Positions 43,066-56,529 are shown, counted from the stretch's first letter. The stretch is DNA of 64,000 nucleotides from Octopus sinensis (GCF_006345805.1 NC_043009.1:2666001-2730000), one strand, 5' to 3'. Numbers and translations are program-made. Notes: a model not told the origin generated them from the sequence alone.

Positions 43066-43276
43066 AATAATAATAATAATAATAAGAAGAAGAAGAATGA
43101 TGATGATGATGATAATAATAATAATAATAATAATGATAATAATAATAATAATAACAATAATAATAATAATGATGATGATGATGATGATGATTATGATGAT
43201 GATAATAATAATAATAATAATAATAATGATGATGATGATAATGATAATAATAATAATGATAATAATGATAATAATG

Positions 43277-43310
<34 letters not shown>

Positions 43311-43426
43311 TAATAATAATAATGATGATGATGATGATGATTATGATGATGATAATAATAATAATAATAATAATAATGATGATGATGATAATGATAATAA
43401 TAATAATGATAATAATGATAATAATG

Positions 43427-43501
<75 letters not shown>

Positions 43502-43512
43502 GTAATTATAAT
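42880..43512. repeat. Long mixed (AAT)n/(GAT)n array with an internal 150-bp duplication
   Basis: Direct reading. The rare variant GATTATGATGAT recurs at about 43189 and 43339. Confidence 0.95.
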
Positions 43513-44112
43513 GATCTTTGCAACCACTCGAATACTCTGGAGGGTGCTCGAAAAACTAGAGGCGTTGCCCTAGTTCACTGGTAGTGAACAGCTGACACTG
43601 TAATAGTCTTATAATAATACTACTTGTCACTGCGTTACTTAGCCAGTCTGTATCGCTTTCACGTGGTTAGAGAAAAGGAATGAGAGAGGAAAAGAGGGAA
43701 AGAGAAGCGTCCATGACGTGAGGTGGAGTAAGTGTAATTGTAAGGCGGTCACGTGATTAGTTGTAGGGAAAGAGAACGTAAAAGACGGACCGAGAATTGA
43801 CCATGGCCTGAGGTGGGGGAACGTAATATTTACTACGTAGTTTAAAACAGTTATTTGAAGTTAGAAGATAAAAGTTGAAAATATAATTTTAGCAGTGGGG
43901 TGATGTACTGATGGTGAGGTTCAAGAAAGGCAGAGAGAGAGAGGGGAGAGAGAGAGAGGACGAGGAAGAGGCAAGGAAGAGAGTGGGGTAGTGATAGGGG
44001 ATAATGATGATGATGGTGCTGGTCGCTGTAAGGGGGATTGAGGTGGGGGAGATGGTGATGGTGGAGGTGGTGGTGGTGATTGGATGGTAAAAATTGAATC
44101 CCTAGCACGCCG

Positions 44113-44483
44113 GGCTTCGACACATTTCTTGTGTCCTTATATATTTACGAAGGGGAGACAAATACCCTCAACAGCTAGGCCTGCATCTAGAGACACACGT
44201 GTTTCAGGGTCTTTGCCCATCATCGGTCTAGAGTAGCAGAAGCCTGCTAGCTGAAGATGTCTGTCTCGACTTCGGAAATATATATATCTAATTTTCAGTG
44301 AAGTTTATTCACTGATCACCAAAATCAGAAATATTAAACTTCTAAATATCTCATAGAGATATGTACGGTGATGGGGCGATAGAAGACCCTGAAACATGCG
44401 TGTCTCTAGATGCAGGCCTAGCTGTTGGGGCTATTTGTCTCTCCTTCGTAAATATCTAAGGACACAGGAAATGTGTCGAAGCC
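44113..44483. mobile_element. Inverted-repeat element (arms about 115 bp, spacer about 140 bp) with variant hammerhead
   Basis: 44113-44226 is the reverse complement of 44366-44483. An HHR-like fold lies at 44186-44232(-). Confidence 0.8.
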
Positions 44484-44589
44484 GACAGGAAGCGGCGATG
44501 CTTCCTAGGGCTAAACAGTGGTGGTGTAATCCCCTACTGCCACGTTAAATTGACAGTATACAACCATTCCATTATTATTATTATTATTA

Positions 44590-44628
<39 letters not shown>

Positions 44629-45831
44629 CATTATTATTATTATTGTTGTTGTTGTTGTTGTTGTTGTTGATGTTGCTGTTGTTGTTTTACTTATTTTAAT
44701 ATTCTCATTATCCATAATGATAAAACTTAGAGTGAAAGGAAAGCAAGAGTGATTCTTAATAAAGTAACAAATACCTTCCAAGCTAATTGTTTGTTAAACA
44801 CTGTTCCTCAGTTTACGCGTTTGTGAGTCTCTGTGTTCAACAACGTTTCCATTTGCAAACCATCCAACCCCCTCACCTCTTAATGGACCTTAATACATTG
44901 GCTTGCTAAGTGAGAATTATTAAAGTAATCACCGCTTGCAGAGAATAATAACTTACCGATTTAAAAGTGCTGCATTCGTCAGAAGGATTTTAAGGTTAGA
45001 TAAGTCAGTGGATTTAATAAAATTAAAACCATTCCTGACAACACCGTCTCCATCGTCATTATAATCTCTGTGTTCTGTACACACACCTCTGCTGTTCGTC
45101 AATCCATTACTGAGTCATAGCTTGGTTTAAAGTAATGTTCTGTAATCTCACAGACTTCGGTGATCTTTACTCGTTAATGGTGCAGAGGGTACGTGGTGCA
45201 AAATTTCAGAAGAAAAGCGAACAATTTGGATTTCCAGAAATGCACGTTGCGATTAAAATCTGTTTATTTATGAATCAATATTGACTCGATTTGAATAATG
45301 GTTAAATTATATCTAGCTTCCTGTTTACTGTAAATCAGCCATCATATTCAAAAGCATAATCAAGATTGCTTTATGAGAAACATTTACTTTTTCCCAAAAA
45401 GCAACTGAAGAAAGAAAAAACAATCTATTCAAATACAAAGCTGACAGTGAAATATTTGCAGCATTGATTCCGCTGTAGATTATTACGATATATATCTCAC
45501 AGTAAGTTCCTCTCTTCCTCGTAAATATTTTTAATCATTTATGTAACGACCTGCAGTCATTACGCTTCTTTCAGGCCATAATATCGCTTTATTACATACA
45601 TTGTATCATTATAATAAAGAGGTAATAGACACGCTGGAATGATATTTTGATATAAACACTTCATAATCAAGTTGTCAAAAAATAGTTTATATACGTTCCT
45701 AATTTTATCAGATTACATCAAATAAAAAAATATTCCAAAATTTCCGAAACAATTACCAGTCCGCTTAAATAGAAGGCGAACCTCAAAAGATATATATATG
45801 CGCATTCTCACTCTCACCTTCCCTCCTCCGC

Positions 45832-45869
<38 letters not shown>

Positions 45870-46163
45870 TTCTTTCTCTCACGTGCTCATACACAAACAA
45901 ATAAACACATACACACACATACATATAATTGCAGTTTTAAGCTAAGTGTTTTAAGTACATCGAATTTTTGCTTTGATAGAACAACTCCACAATGATGTGA
46001 ATGGCATACATGTATACAGGAATATACATGCATACGTACATACATACACACACATACATACCATACATACACACATACATAACATTCATACATACACACA
46101 AACATACACAGATATAGAAACAGAGAGACATATATGTTTATGCATATTCATATATACATATAC

Positions 46164-46312
46164 GACTGTATGGTAAAAAGCTTGCTTCCCGGCGGGACTG
46201 TTCCGGGTTCTGTCTCAGTGAGTGGTACCTTGGATACGTATCTTCTGCTGTAGCCTCGAGCCAACTATAGCCTGTGAGTGGATGTTAGGCGGAAACTGAA
46301 AGAAGCCTGTCA
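46164..46312 (+). mobile_element. Family 1 SINE 5' half
   Basis: GACTGTATGGTAAAAAGCTTGCTTCC..GTTCCGGGTTC..GTGAGTGGATGTTAGGCGGAAACTGAAAGAAGCC. Confidence 0.75.
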
Positions 46313-46437
46313 GATATATATATATGTATATAAATAAATAAATAAATATATATATATATATACATACATATATATATATATATACATATGATTGTGTGTG
46401 TGAGTATATATGTGTGTGCGTATGTGCGTGTGTTTGT

Positions 46438-46530
46438 GTAACGCGGACGTAAACACACCAGCATCGGTTGTCAAGCGATGTTGGGGAGACAAACACAGAC
46501 ACACAAACATACACACACACACACACACAC

Positions 46531-46583
<53 letters not shown>

Positions 46584-46741
46584 GTAGGACGGGCTTCTTT
46601 CAGTTTCCGTCTACCAAATCCACTCACATGGTCTTGGTCGGCCCGAGGTTATAGTAGAAGTCACTTGCCGAAGGTGCCACGCAGTGAGACTGAATCCGGA
46701 ACCATGTGGTTGGTAAGCAAGCTACTTACCACACTGCCACT
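46438..46741 (-). mobile_element. Family 1 SINE (3'-truncated), inverted relative to the neighbour at 46164
   Basis: The reverse complement begins GAGTGGCAGTGTGGTAAGTAGCTTGCTTACCAACCACATGGTTCCGG. Confidence 0.9.
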
Positions 46742-48680
46742 CTTTCACGAGTATAGCACAATTATTAAAATCCTATATAAGGTAATACAGTATATATTTT
46801 ATATCTGTTGATAAATTACCGGCGATCACGCCGTACGAGCTTTTACGTACGAGCTTGTTTAAAGAGGAATTCTTGATGCGGTCATTCAAATAGGGCACAA
46901 CAATCATAAGTACAAGAGAAGTGAAGACAAATTATAATATTCACTTCTGCAGGAGACGTATGTTTAAGAATTTACTCCTGCTTTTAGTTATACCGCCATT
47001 GATATATAGGTGTGCAAGACTACGTAAGCACAGGGACGTCTAAAATCTTACTGGATCACTGAATAACCTCAGTTCACAAAATTTAGATGTGATACAAATT
47101 CGGGAAATAACAGCCTTAATAACGCGTGCACCCTCATCCTGGCGAACTAAAAGCAAATGTCTATTAGTGAAAGGTTACAAACGGGAATTGCCCCTTAAAT
47201 GTACAATATTGTTCGCAGTACAGATATCATAGCAGTGAAATTGTTTGACTTGTACAGATTGGATATCGCAAATGCAGCTTAGAGGTTTTGGTGAAAGCGC
47301 TGCCGGGGTCATGTAAAACGTGTCTAGACAGAATTTGCGTTATGCCTACAGATATGAACATGTTAGTATTTTCACAAATCGTGATGGGTGGCTATACAGA
47401 TTACAAATTTGTGATCTATTCACAAAGCTGTGATAGTTTATTAGATAGAGACCTTGTTACGAGGGAACAATTTTATTTGTAGTTGTCTGAAATTTTATGA
47501 GACAATTAAGTACCATTAGAATCAGTAGGGTCTAATATATAATCAGATATATTGAGTAATTAAGTAGAGGAGTCGATGATTGGTGAAATGGAAGGTATCG
47601 TTTGAGATGGCAGCAACTACGACGTTACGATTTCGCGAAAAGATTTGTGTTAGCGGCAATAGGAGGGCTAAGAGACCTGCTCTGGGACCTAGTGAAGTAC
47701 CCTCGGTTAGCAATGAAGGGTGCTACAAAAGGCCTCGGGATTTCTGCCATGCAGTAAAAACTATATGTCACACGATATCAAAAGCATGTCACTTTTTTTC
47801 AGTAACATTTCAAATTGATAATAGGAGGCAAAATCAGCGAAACTTTCTTTCACTACAAATTTCCACAATTTCTTCTGTCTTTGGAATCAGGATTTAGGGT
47901 GGATCACGAAATATATTACATTACTCACCCTCTGTTGAATATAAGCAACATGATATATTGCTTCGGAGTAGTTTCTTTCTTTTTTTTTTTTTCGACCTCG
48001 CAAATCCTGGATATTGTCCTCCTGTTCTAACAAAATGCTTTTGCACTAAACTTGACCCAACGCTAAAACTAGCATGTTAACATACATGTTTCAACTACCA
48101 AGGGAAATACGTCCAGGTAGCTGCAATTATGAACGAGGGCCCTCTCTGTCAATTATCTTGGACTATCTATGTTGTGCTTACTAATGCCGTGTTTGGTTGT
48201 TCGAGGGAGAAAGAAGTAATAAATGCTGTACAGAAATGTGACTTAAGGATATGAAGAAGCTTGACTTGTGATGAGGGCGGTTGAGGAGGTTTGTTTAAGA
48301 TACATAGCTAACCATTTTATTTGACCTTTGTTCAATAATGAACAAATTTCTGAATTATCTTATATGTATATATATGAATGTATTGTGCCTCTGTGTCTGT
48401 AGATATGTATATATGTTCATATATATATGCATGCATATTATTTCAATATATATATACAAATGTACGCACATATATACATATACATTATATATTATATGTG
48501 TGTGTGTGTTTATGTGTTTGTTTGCATATGGATACCCACTTACACGTAAATACATGCATCAAAGTACGCCAGTCAATGTGCACATTCATGTACATGTGTG
48601 TGTATATATATATATATATCTATATCTATATATATTTACGTGTGTGTGTGTCTGTGTGTGTGTCTGTGTGTGTTTATGCG

Positions 48681-48712
<32 letters not shown>

Positions 48713-49440
48713 CAGATTGAGAGAGAGAGAGGAAGAGGAAGATAGATAGAGAGTGTGCGTATAAGTTTCAATGCATATATATACATAGATATGTACGAAC
48801 ATATTTGCGTGTCTATGCAATCATGCATACGTGTATTTGTATGAATTTTCATGTCTGCCGTTACACATACATATTGCAAATATTCTTTTGTTATAGAAAT
48901 TCAGCTATAGAAAATACATTTACCAAATGTATCTAAACAATATGAATATTATTAAATTGCTATGATTAAATTCTCCTGATAAGTTTTTGTGTATTTTTCA
49001 ACTGAACATTTCTTTACAATGAATTGCATAATTGCCATTCTAAATGCAGTGCTTTAAGCTCACAGACATATGCTGATTCGTGAGCACATAGGAATCGATT
49101 TTATCTTCCACTGGTATTTATATAAGCTTTCGGCTGAAAATTTTGGCGGCGTAATTTTCGCTGAATCTTTCAACTCACTCCATCGAATATTGCATTTTGT
49201 AGAGTGTTTAATCTTGAAGAGAATGGCGGAATGGTTTATAAGTTAATTTAGTGAACACCAGTATTCGATTTCGGTCTATGTATTGTGTGCTTTCTGGAGC
49301 CAAAGTCTTTTTTTTTTTCAATATCATTGATATACTCAAACGTTTGTAGTAAATATGGGAAGACGGAGTTTGCGTTGAAAATCGTCACATGATGAAGACG
49401 ACAGTGATGATTACGATGATGATTATGATGATGGTGATGG

Positions 49441-49471
<31 letters not shown>

Positions 49472-50460
49472 CATCATCATCATCATCATCGTCATCATCA
49501 TCATCATCACCAAGATGTGCATTCGTGCTTTCTCAATTAGATCTCTTTTGTCGTAAATATTTGGTCGACCCAAACTTTGGGAAGTAAGCAGGGCACAGAT
49601 ATTGTGCATAATACTGTCAATCGGATTGAAAATCTTGCTGAAAAGAAACACAACCACAGTTTCTGGTAATCCCCTTGTGAAAATTAGGCTAAGCGCCTGT
49701 GAAATATGCGGCCACTTGTTGTAGACTTTGTTTCAAATAATCGAATCACTGGACCCACATCATAGAATGTAGTCGAGTCTGTTTCAAGTATTTCATCAAG
49801 ATGGCGTGCCATTACTTTCGTTCCCATCCGCTTTTGTAACAATTTCACGTCCATCTCGCATATTATTTCATTCATAACTTTCAAAGATAGCGAAAACTTT
49901 GCTCTATATTATGCTGTGTCTACATACAGCATACATCTGTTAAAATATTTTTATCTTTCTGTAAATATTTAATTGTAAGATGTCTTTTCTTTTTCCTTAA
50001 AACTGCAGATATTTCAAAAACCGCGTACTTAAATATGTGAATGCTGTGTAAATATTCTCTATAATACCTTAATTTCAGTTTTAAATTTTAAACCATGTTT
50101 CTCGTTGACACCAAGTAGTTATCTCCCTTTTAATAACTGTAGCCGTTTGAGGGATCACATGTTGTATGAACATTTGCGTTATAATTAGTTTCCGGAATAA
50201 CCGTCTTGATGTGTCAGCGTTCTGTACGAAGTTGAATTAACCAACTTGTTAAAGATCATAATGTTAATTAACTAGGAATTTTCTCAAGTAAAATATGGTA
50301 TTTATCAAATATTCGGAATTTGCGTTTGTGAATTACTAAGATTCACTTCTGCAAATCTTTCTCAAATCCGATATTTTATTCTACCACAGAGAAATCAGGT
50401 GACGCACGTTAACAGCTTACTTCTTCACACGGCATTGATATGGTATTCATAATTATAATG

Positions 50461-50518
<58 letters not shown>

Positions 50519-50609
50519 TATTAAAAATAATAATAATAATAATAATAAATAATAATAATGATAATAATAATAATACTAATGATAATAATATTATTATTAT
50601 TATTATTAT

Positions 50610-50692
<83 letters not shown>

Positions 50693-50705
50693 TCAATAAT
50701 AATGA

Positions 50706-50820
50706 GTTTCCGGCCATATTTTGAAAACACTTGTTCTCGTCCGATCACCGAAGTTAAGCAAAGTCGAGCCTAGTTAGTACTTAGATGGGTGACCGCTTGG
50801 GAAACCAAGGTGCTGCAAAC
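50706..50820 (+). pseudogene. 5S rRNA-derived sequence (pseudogene or SINE3-type head)
   Basis: CGGCCATA..TTGAAAACAC..GTTCTCGTCCGATCACCGAAGTTAAGCAA.GTCGAGCC..GTTAGTACTT.GATGGGTGACCGC.TGGGAA..GGTGCTG matches invertebrate 5S along nearly the full length, with a short deletion near the 5' end and several substitutions. Confidence 0.9.
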
Positions 50821-50833
50821 GTCTTTCTAGAGA

Positions 50834-51390
50834 GCCCTGATGCAGTACCAGGCAGTGGCTCTCGTGGCTTCTGATCTTAACTGATTGGAAGTGTTATCAT
50901 GTACATTGTTTTGTCTTGGTATAAAAGATGGGCTACAGCAAATATTCTGCTCAATACCACAGATTTGCTTGTCAGTTGTTTGACCGTAACCAGTTGAGCA
51001 TGTCCCTTCGTGGCTGACAATATGTGCATCTATGATCACGAGCAGAAGTAGTAGGGGAGCATCATAGCCATGTGTTGAGAGAATTCTTTGGGGTTTGAAT
51101 AGTTCACCTCTGGAAACATAGGTGGTTCGTTCAACATCCTTAAAAAACAACCCTTGTTCAGGTACCTTTTGAGCGGGATGGGTTGCTCGACCAGATTAAA
51201 ATTCTAACTGGGCCCCACCTGCAAGGTCACATGCTATTTATCTTGATATGAGACCGCCATGTCGCGCACATGTGGTTGTGATGCATGTGCCTGGTGTACC
51301 CTTATCAGACGGGTAGTCATGATGGGTATATTGGGCTTCATATATTTTACCCCAGTGTCACTTTGATGGCATGAACTGCTCTCTCACTCA
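50834..51390. repeat. About 560-bp interspersed repeat abutting the 5S copy
   Basis: GC-richer block resembling an abundant octopus repeat from recall. Single copy in the window and no coding similarity recognised. Confidence 0.45.
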
Positions 51391-52072
51391 ATGTACGCTA
51401 TACAATATCATTCAAAATATATTTCCTCATTTTAAAAACTTGAATTTTACATAAAGTTGTCTTGACTCCTATTTCAAGACAGTGGAACGGCAATACCCTT
51501 TCGGTATTTATTAGAATATTCTGCGCTGTGAGTTTATATTCCACTAATGTTTATTTGACTCTTCATGCATTTGGACACGAAGTAATAAATCCCGAACCGA
51601 TTCAGTGGGTTGGTAGGACTCTGGCTCGGGCACAACGTCCCATGTTATATGTCCCTCGTATTTTCATTCAGGCTATAAATCCTGCGAAAATCGTGGAGGT
51701 AAGCAGGTTGTACGCACGCACAACTTCCGGACTTCCTTGTGAAACCATGCCCGGATATGCGCAAACTCATGAAGACCCATGGGCCTCTTTAAGCGACAGT
51801 CTCTTTGCTAGTATCAATAACGATGATAGTATGAATAATGATAATTTCCAACATCATGATTATGATGATGATGATAATCATGATAATGATGAGTACGACG
51901 ATGATGAGAAGGTGACTACGATGACGATGACAAAGATGACGACGATGTGTACGACGAAGATGATGATAGTTTTGAACATGTTCAACAAAATCTTCATCGT
52001 AGTAAAGATGACATTAATAATCAGAGCGATGACGTTGAAGAATGTAAGAGAAATTTGAGTATTAATAATGTA

Positions 52073-52579
52073 TTGGGTTGTCTGGAAAGTTCGTGCCGAT
52101 TAATAGTAGCTTATATTTCGACTTATTTTAGAACATGGTTGAGTTCATAAAATAGGATTTGACTACACCTCCATTTAGAGCACAGTTTAAGCTATCTTTT
52201 TGTGGAAGAAGGTTTATGTTCCTATAACCTGTGTTAATTCTGTAACCCCTTAAAATGGAAGACAAGAAAGTTCATTTTCGACACTTGGTGATTTGGGAAC
52301 CAGCCAAAAATTGCTGCAGCTCGGCTGGGATGAGTTACCCCACCCTCCATATTCACCAGATATTGTTCTTTCGGATTTTCACTTATTTAAGTATCTGCAA
52401 AATAGTCTTAATGGTAAAAATTTCAATTCTTTGCCGTGAAACCACCTCAATTCTGGGAAGATGCAGACGCGTTGTGCAACAAAATGGTTCATATTTGGTT
52501 GATTAAAAATGTAATGGCAAGTATTTATTAACCTTTTTCTTTCCTTTAAAAATCAGCACGAACTTTCCGGACAACTCAA
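52073..52579 (+). mobile_element. Internally deleted (507 bp) mariner with both TIRs
   Basis: TA|TTGGGTTGTCTGGAAAGTTCGTGCCGATT ... AATCAGCACGAACTTTCCGGACAACTCAA|TA. MEDKKVHFRHLVIWE is joined to LGWDELPHPPYSPDIVLSDFHLFKYLQNSLNGKNF in another frame. Confidence 0.93.
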
Positions 52580-53619
52580 TACTTGCCAATATTTTACAAT
52601 CATTTGCGCAATTTGGAATAGAATATCTCGATTTCTTATTCAGCAATTCTTCAAATATTTTAATTCCAACTGTGACCTTAACTGAAGCTATCAGAAACGC
52701 AGCGTAAAAACAATGTTGGTCTTAAAACCAATAGACGAATCGTATTTTGCAAATGAGTGGTAGTAACCGCTGCCAATAATCTCCATTTTCGGTATTTTTC
52801 ATTTCCTTTTAAACTTGCTAACACAACGTACGGATATTGGCAGCTCAAAGAAAATCACAGAATACCTTTGTTCTGTATGTAGAAATTTTAATCTGCTTCC
52901 ATGTAAGCGAGTTGTTATATTTACTTGCCTTCAAGATCTGCATGTCAATTCGATGTTTTTATTTAGATATAAAAAAAAGAGCTGACTTCAATGTCAAGAA
53001 CTTGATTGTAATATAGTATTATGTCGAACCAATTTCTCCTGATTCTATGCATATTTCATGATAATTGCTTGAGGTCTGGCGTCATCCGAGAACATTTTTA
53101 ACGACCAAGAATCGAAAATAAGTTGCATATGTATCAAAATGAACTGTCTGGGAATTTTCTTTCTCTTTGTATGGAAGTCTAGCTGTTTTGAATACGATTT
53201 GTATGAGAGGAAATTGGTGACTGTTTAGATTAACAAACTGGGATAATCATATAGAAAGTAGTAAGTCTAAGAAAGGCAAATACGAAAACTGGGGAAGGTC
53301 TTCAGAAGTAATCCCAATAATTATAAGCACCGTTAACAATAGACATCTTATAAATTTCTTAATAACATTGGCGTAACCTGATCGTTCGAAGGATCCTCAA
53401 TATCGAAGGTAAATAGTTGTGATCCGTTTTCGAGGTTATTGATTCGAAATGTAACACGTTTATGAATGGTTATAAACAATCAATTAATAGTATCATTAAT
53501 AAATTCAAATTTTGGCTGAAGTTCAAAACTTCGTGAGGGCGGCGGCAAGTCACAGCAGCTACTTTTATTTTTGATTATTTTACTGAAAATATCAAAGGCA
53601 AGCTTGGCCTTGGTGGCAA

Positions 53620-53660
53620 GTAACACAATACTACTACTACTAATACTACTACTACTACTA

Positions 53661-53693
<33 letters not shown>

Positions 53694-53824
53694 CACTACC
53701 ACTACTACTGCTGCTGCTGCTGCTGCTGTTGCTAATGCCGCCGCTTCCATTGCTGCTGCTACTACCACCGCTGCTGCTTCTACTGAAACTAATACTATGA
53801 ATAGTAATAGTTATGGGAAGAAAA

Positions 53825-53860
<36 letters not shown>

Positions 53861-53880
53861 TAATAATAAAAATGATAAAT

Positions 53881-53951
<71 letters not shown>

Positions 53952-54117
53952 TAATAATAATAAATAATAATATAATAATAAATAATAATAATAAATAATA
54001 ATAATAAATAATAATAATAAATAATAATAATAATAATAATAAATAATAATAACAATAATATTAATAATAATAAATAATAATAATAATAATAAATAATAAT
54101 AATAATAAATAATAATA

Positions 54118-54216
<99 letters not shown>

Positions 54217-54240
54217 AAGAAGAAGAAGAAGAAGAAGAAA
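53620..54240. repeat. Compound microsatellite (ACT)n-(GCT)n-(AAT)n-(AAG)n
   Basis: Direct reading. Confidence 0.95.
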
Positions 54241-54507
54241 CTCATCCGAAGTATTCCATGGAACTATCCCGAATTCACTTGACTGTATATTTAAACAAAA
54301 ATGTGACTGGACGGTGATATTGGTAAAATCTGAAATTAAAGTGAAAATAAAATTGCAGAAGAAATACAGAAGGGGACTAAAAATAAAAATATAAAAAAAG
54401 AAAACGGAAACTGGAAATGAGGCTAATTTAGTAACTTATTAGTACCTTATTAGACAGCTAGAATCCACAGAGTTAAGTCACTCTCAGGAGCTGAAAATTA
54501 AAAACTT

Positions 54508-54822
54508 TTGCACTGCCAATACCGATTTCTCAATCTGGACTACGTTGTTGATCACTCATATACCGATCACTGGTTGAGAAGCTCAGAGCTAAAGGCCCGA
54601 ACGGAACGATATATCCTAGCTGGTCAAAATCAGACCTTATTTACTAGAAAATATCAAGAAAATATATTCAAATATGGAGCAGATACCAAATGAAGAATCT
54701 GTGATTAACAATTCAACGAAATTAACCAAATAATTTCAGGATGTTCTATCTTGGCCCCAGCTTAATATAAAGGTAGACATGATGAGGCTGGTCGCTATAT
54801 TCATTGGAAACTAGTCAAATAT
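54508..54822 (+). pseudogene. R4/Dong-like (RLE-type) non-LTR retrotransposon fragment, post-RT/zinc-knuckle region
   Basis: LHCQY..VDHSYTDHWLRSSELKARTERYILAGQNQTLFTRKY..*RICD*..NQIISGCSILA..RHDEAGRYIHWKL resembles LHGQY..WL..LK.ETEG.I.AAQDQ.L.TR.Y..CR.C..ET..HIISGC..LA..RHD.V...IHW. Confidence 0.8.
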
Positions 54823-55919
54823 ATGTTATAATTAATGATTCTTTTCTATTTCCTAATCTATATATTTGCAAATCTTATTGACCCAATATATTTGCATTTT
54901 CCTATTATATATAATTATATATATACGTACATAAAACTAAGTCCATTCCTCTATGCATCATGCTAGTCAGTGCCATGCATATGTACAAAAATAGACAAGT
55001 ACAGTCATATGGTATATTCTTTAGTAGGTATTATTGATTTATTAGTATTATCTGTCCCTCAAGCGTAGCATTGTGGTACGATTTGTAGTACAACCAGAAT
55101 ATTCGACTGAACCCCGGCACGCGTTGTCATAGATCATTCCGTGAAAAGCTCAACGTGGTTCACGGTTGATCATACCATGTTATCCCGGATCAGTGCTGAA
55201 TGAATCAATGATGAATGATGGTAGATGTATATGACTGCTAAGTGTTTCATCAAGTGATAAATAGGTTTTGTGAATTCTTAAAGTAAAACATATCCCACAG
55301 ATTAATTCTATAACACATTTACCAATGTTATGAGATGTATACATGCTTTACAGATCTGTTGATTCATTGATAGGTTGGTAGCACCTCTTTGTCTCCTTTT
55401 GTTAGGAGTATTTCTTCTCCGTCTTTCCTGCCACTGTTTCCTCCGTTCGTTCCTTCCTGAATCAGCGAAATCTCATTTCCTTCCAGTTCAACATGTTTTG
55501 TTCTTGATATCCTTAACCAAATACATATCAGAACAGAGAGAAAAAGAAAATGTTCTCACTTATACATTCACTCATTGAAATGTTTTAAATGTTACTTCTT
55601 GTACTTTTCTTAATGTTAATTAACGAAGATGTTTCTGAAATAAAATAAGACATTTCGCAAATATTTTACCACAGTCGATACATCCTCACTTTCTCTGATC
55701 TTTTCCGCCTTTTCTATTCGTTTGATGATCAAATGATTGCACATATTCAAATTCAAACATCAATATTTAGTGAGCTAATTGTTAAGCAGATATATTGATA
55801 ATAGAACGCGGCCTTGCGATCTGTTGCATTCATCCACACATCTTGAGTGTATAAGAGAGAGAATAATATTTTTTAAAAAGTCATATATTTATGTAAATTT
55901 CCTTGTGTTGATTTTCACA

Positions 55920-55963
<44 letters not shown>

Positions 55964-56480
55964 AAACACGTGCCGATGTGTATACTAACATAGAAGATAT
56001 GAATGATAGAAATAAAAACATATTTACGACATTGAAATACATAAACAAGAAAAGCACACAAGCATATGCACGGATACAATACAGTATGACATTGTAAAAA
56101 ACCGTTAGAGATACACACAGATACATGTACGTACATATATACGCATTCATATACATTTATATAAATGAGAAGTAACGTTATTTTGATGGCGGTAAGTGTA
56201 TATTCATTCATTTGGTAGTGCCTTATTGTGTCGTAGAACTGTGTTCTCACTATCATATTTTGTTCCAAAAACAAATAAAACCCACACAAAAGTTTTGATG
56301 TGGCAACTCGCAGACACAAACTTATAAGCCCGCACACTTACATGTGTTTAAATTTAAATACACACACACATACAAACGCATGCATACACGCACACATACA
56401 CAAAAACATACTTGTACAGAAGCCCATTCACGAAATAACAGCCGCATAAGAAGTATTATGGAGAAATGCATGGCAGGCAA

Positions 56481-56529
<49 letters not shown>

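Noticed and set aside
42730-43584. Long ORFs (227-265 aa) of poly-I/N/D/M
   Set aside because: Pure (AAT)/(GAT) microsatellite read-through with no domain.
49520-49890. Two short minus-strand ORFs in unique-looking sequence
   Set aside because: No recognisable domain or consistent splice sites.
51462-52058. 198-aa ORF
   Set aside because: TTG start, 3' third is (GAT)n-derived, no recognisable domain. Only the internal micro-exon is kept as a weak candidate.
55120-55168. Hairpin with AGATCATT..GTGAAAAGCT resembling bantam miRNA
   Set aside because: The seed differs (TAGATCA vs GAGATCA), it is on the wrong arm, and the stem is too short for a pre-miRNA.
56186-56197. ATGGCG|GTAAGT first-exon-like signal
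   Set aside because: No CpG-rich promoter context or downstream exon support.
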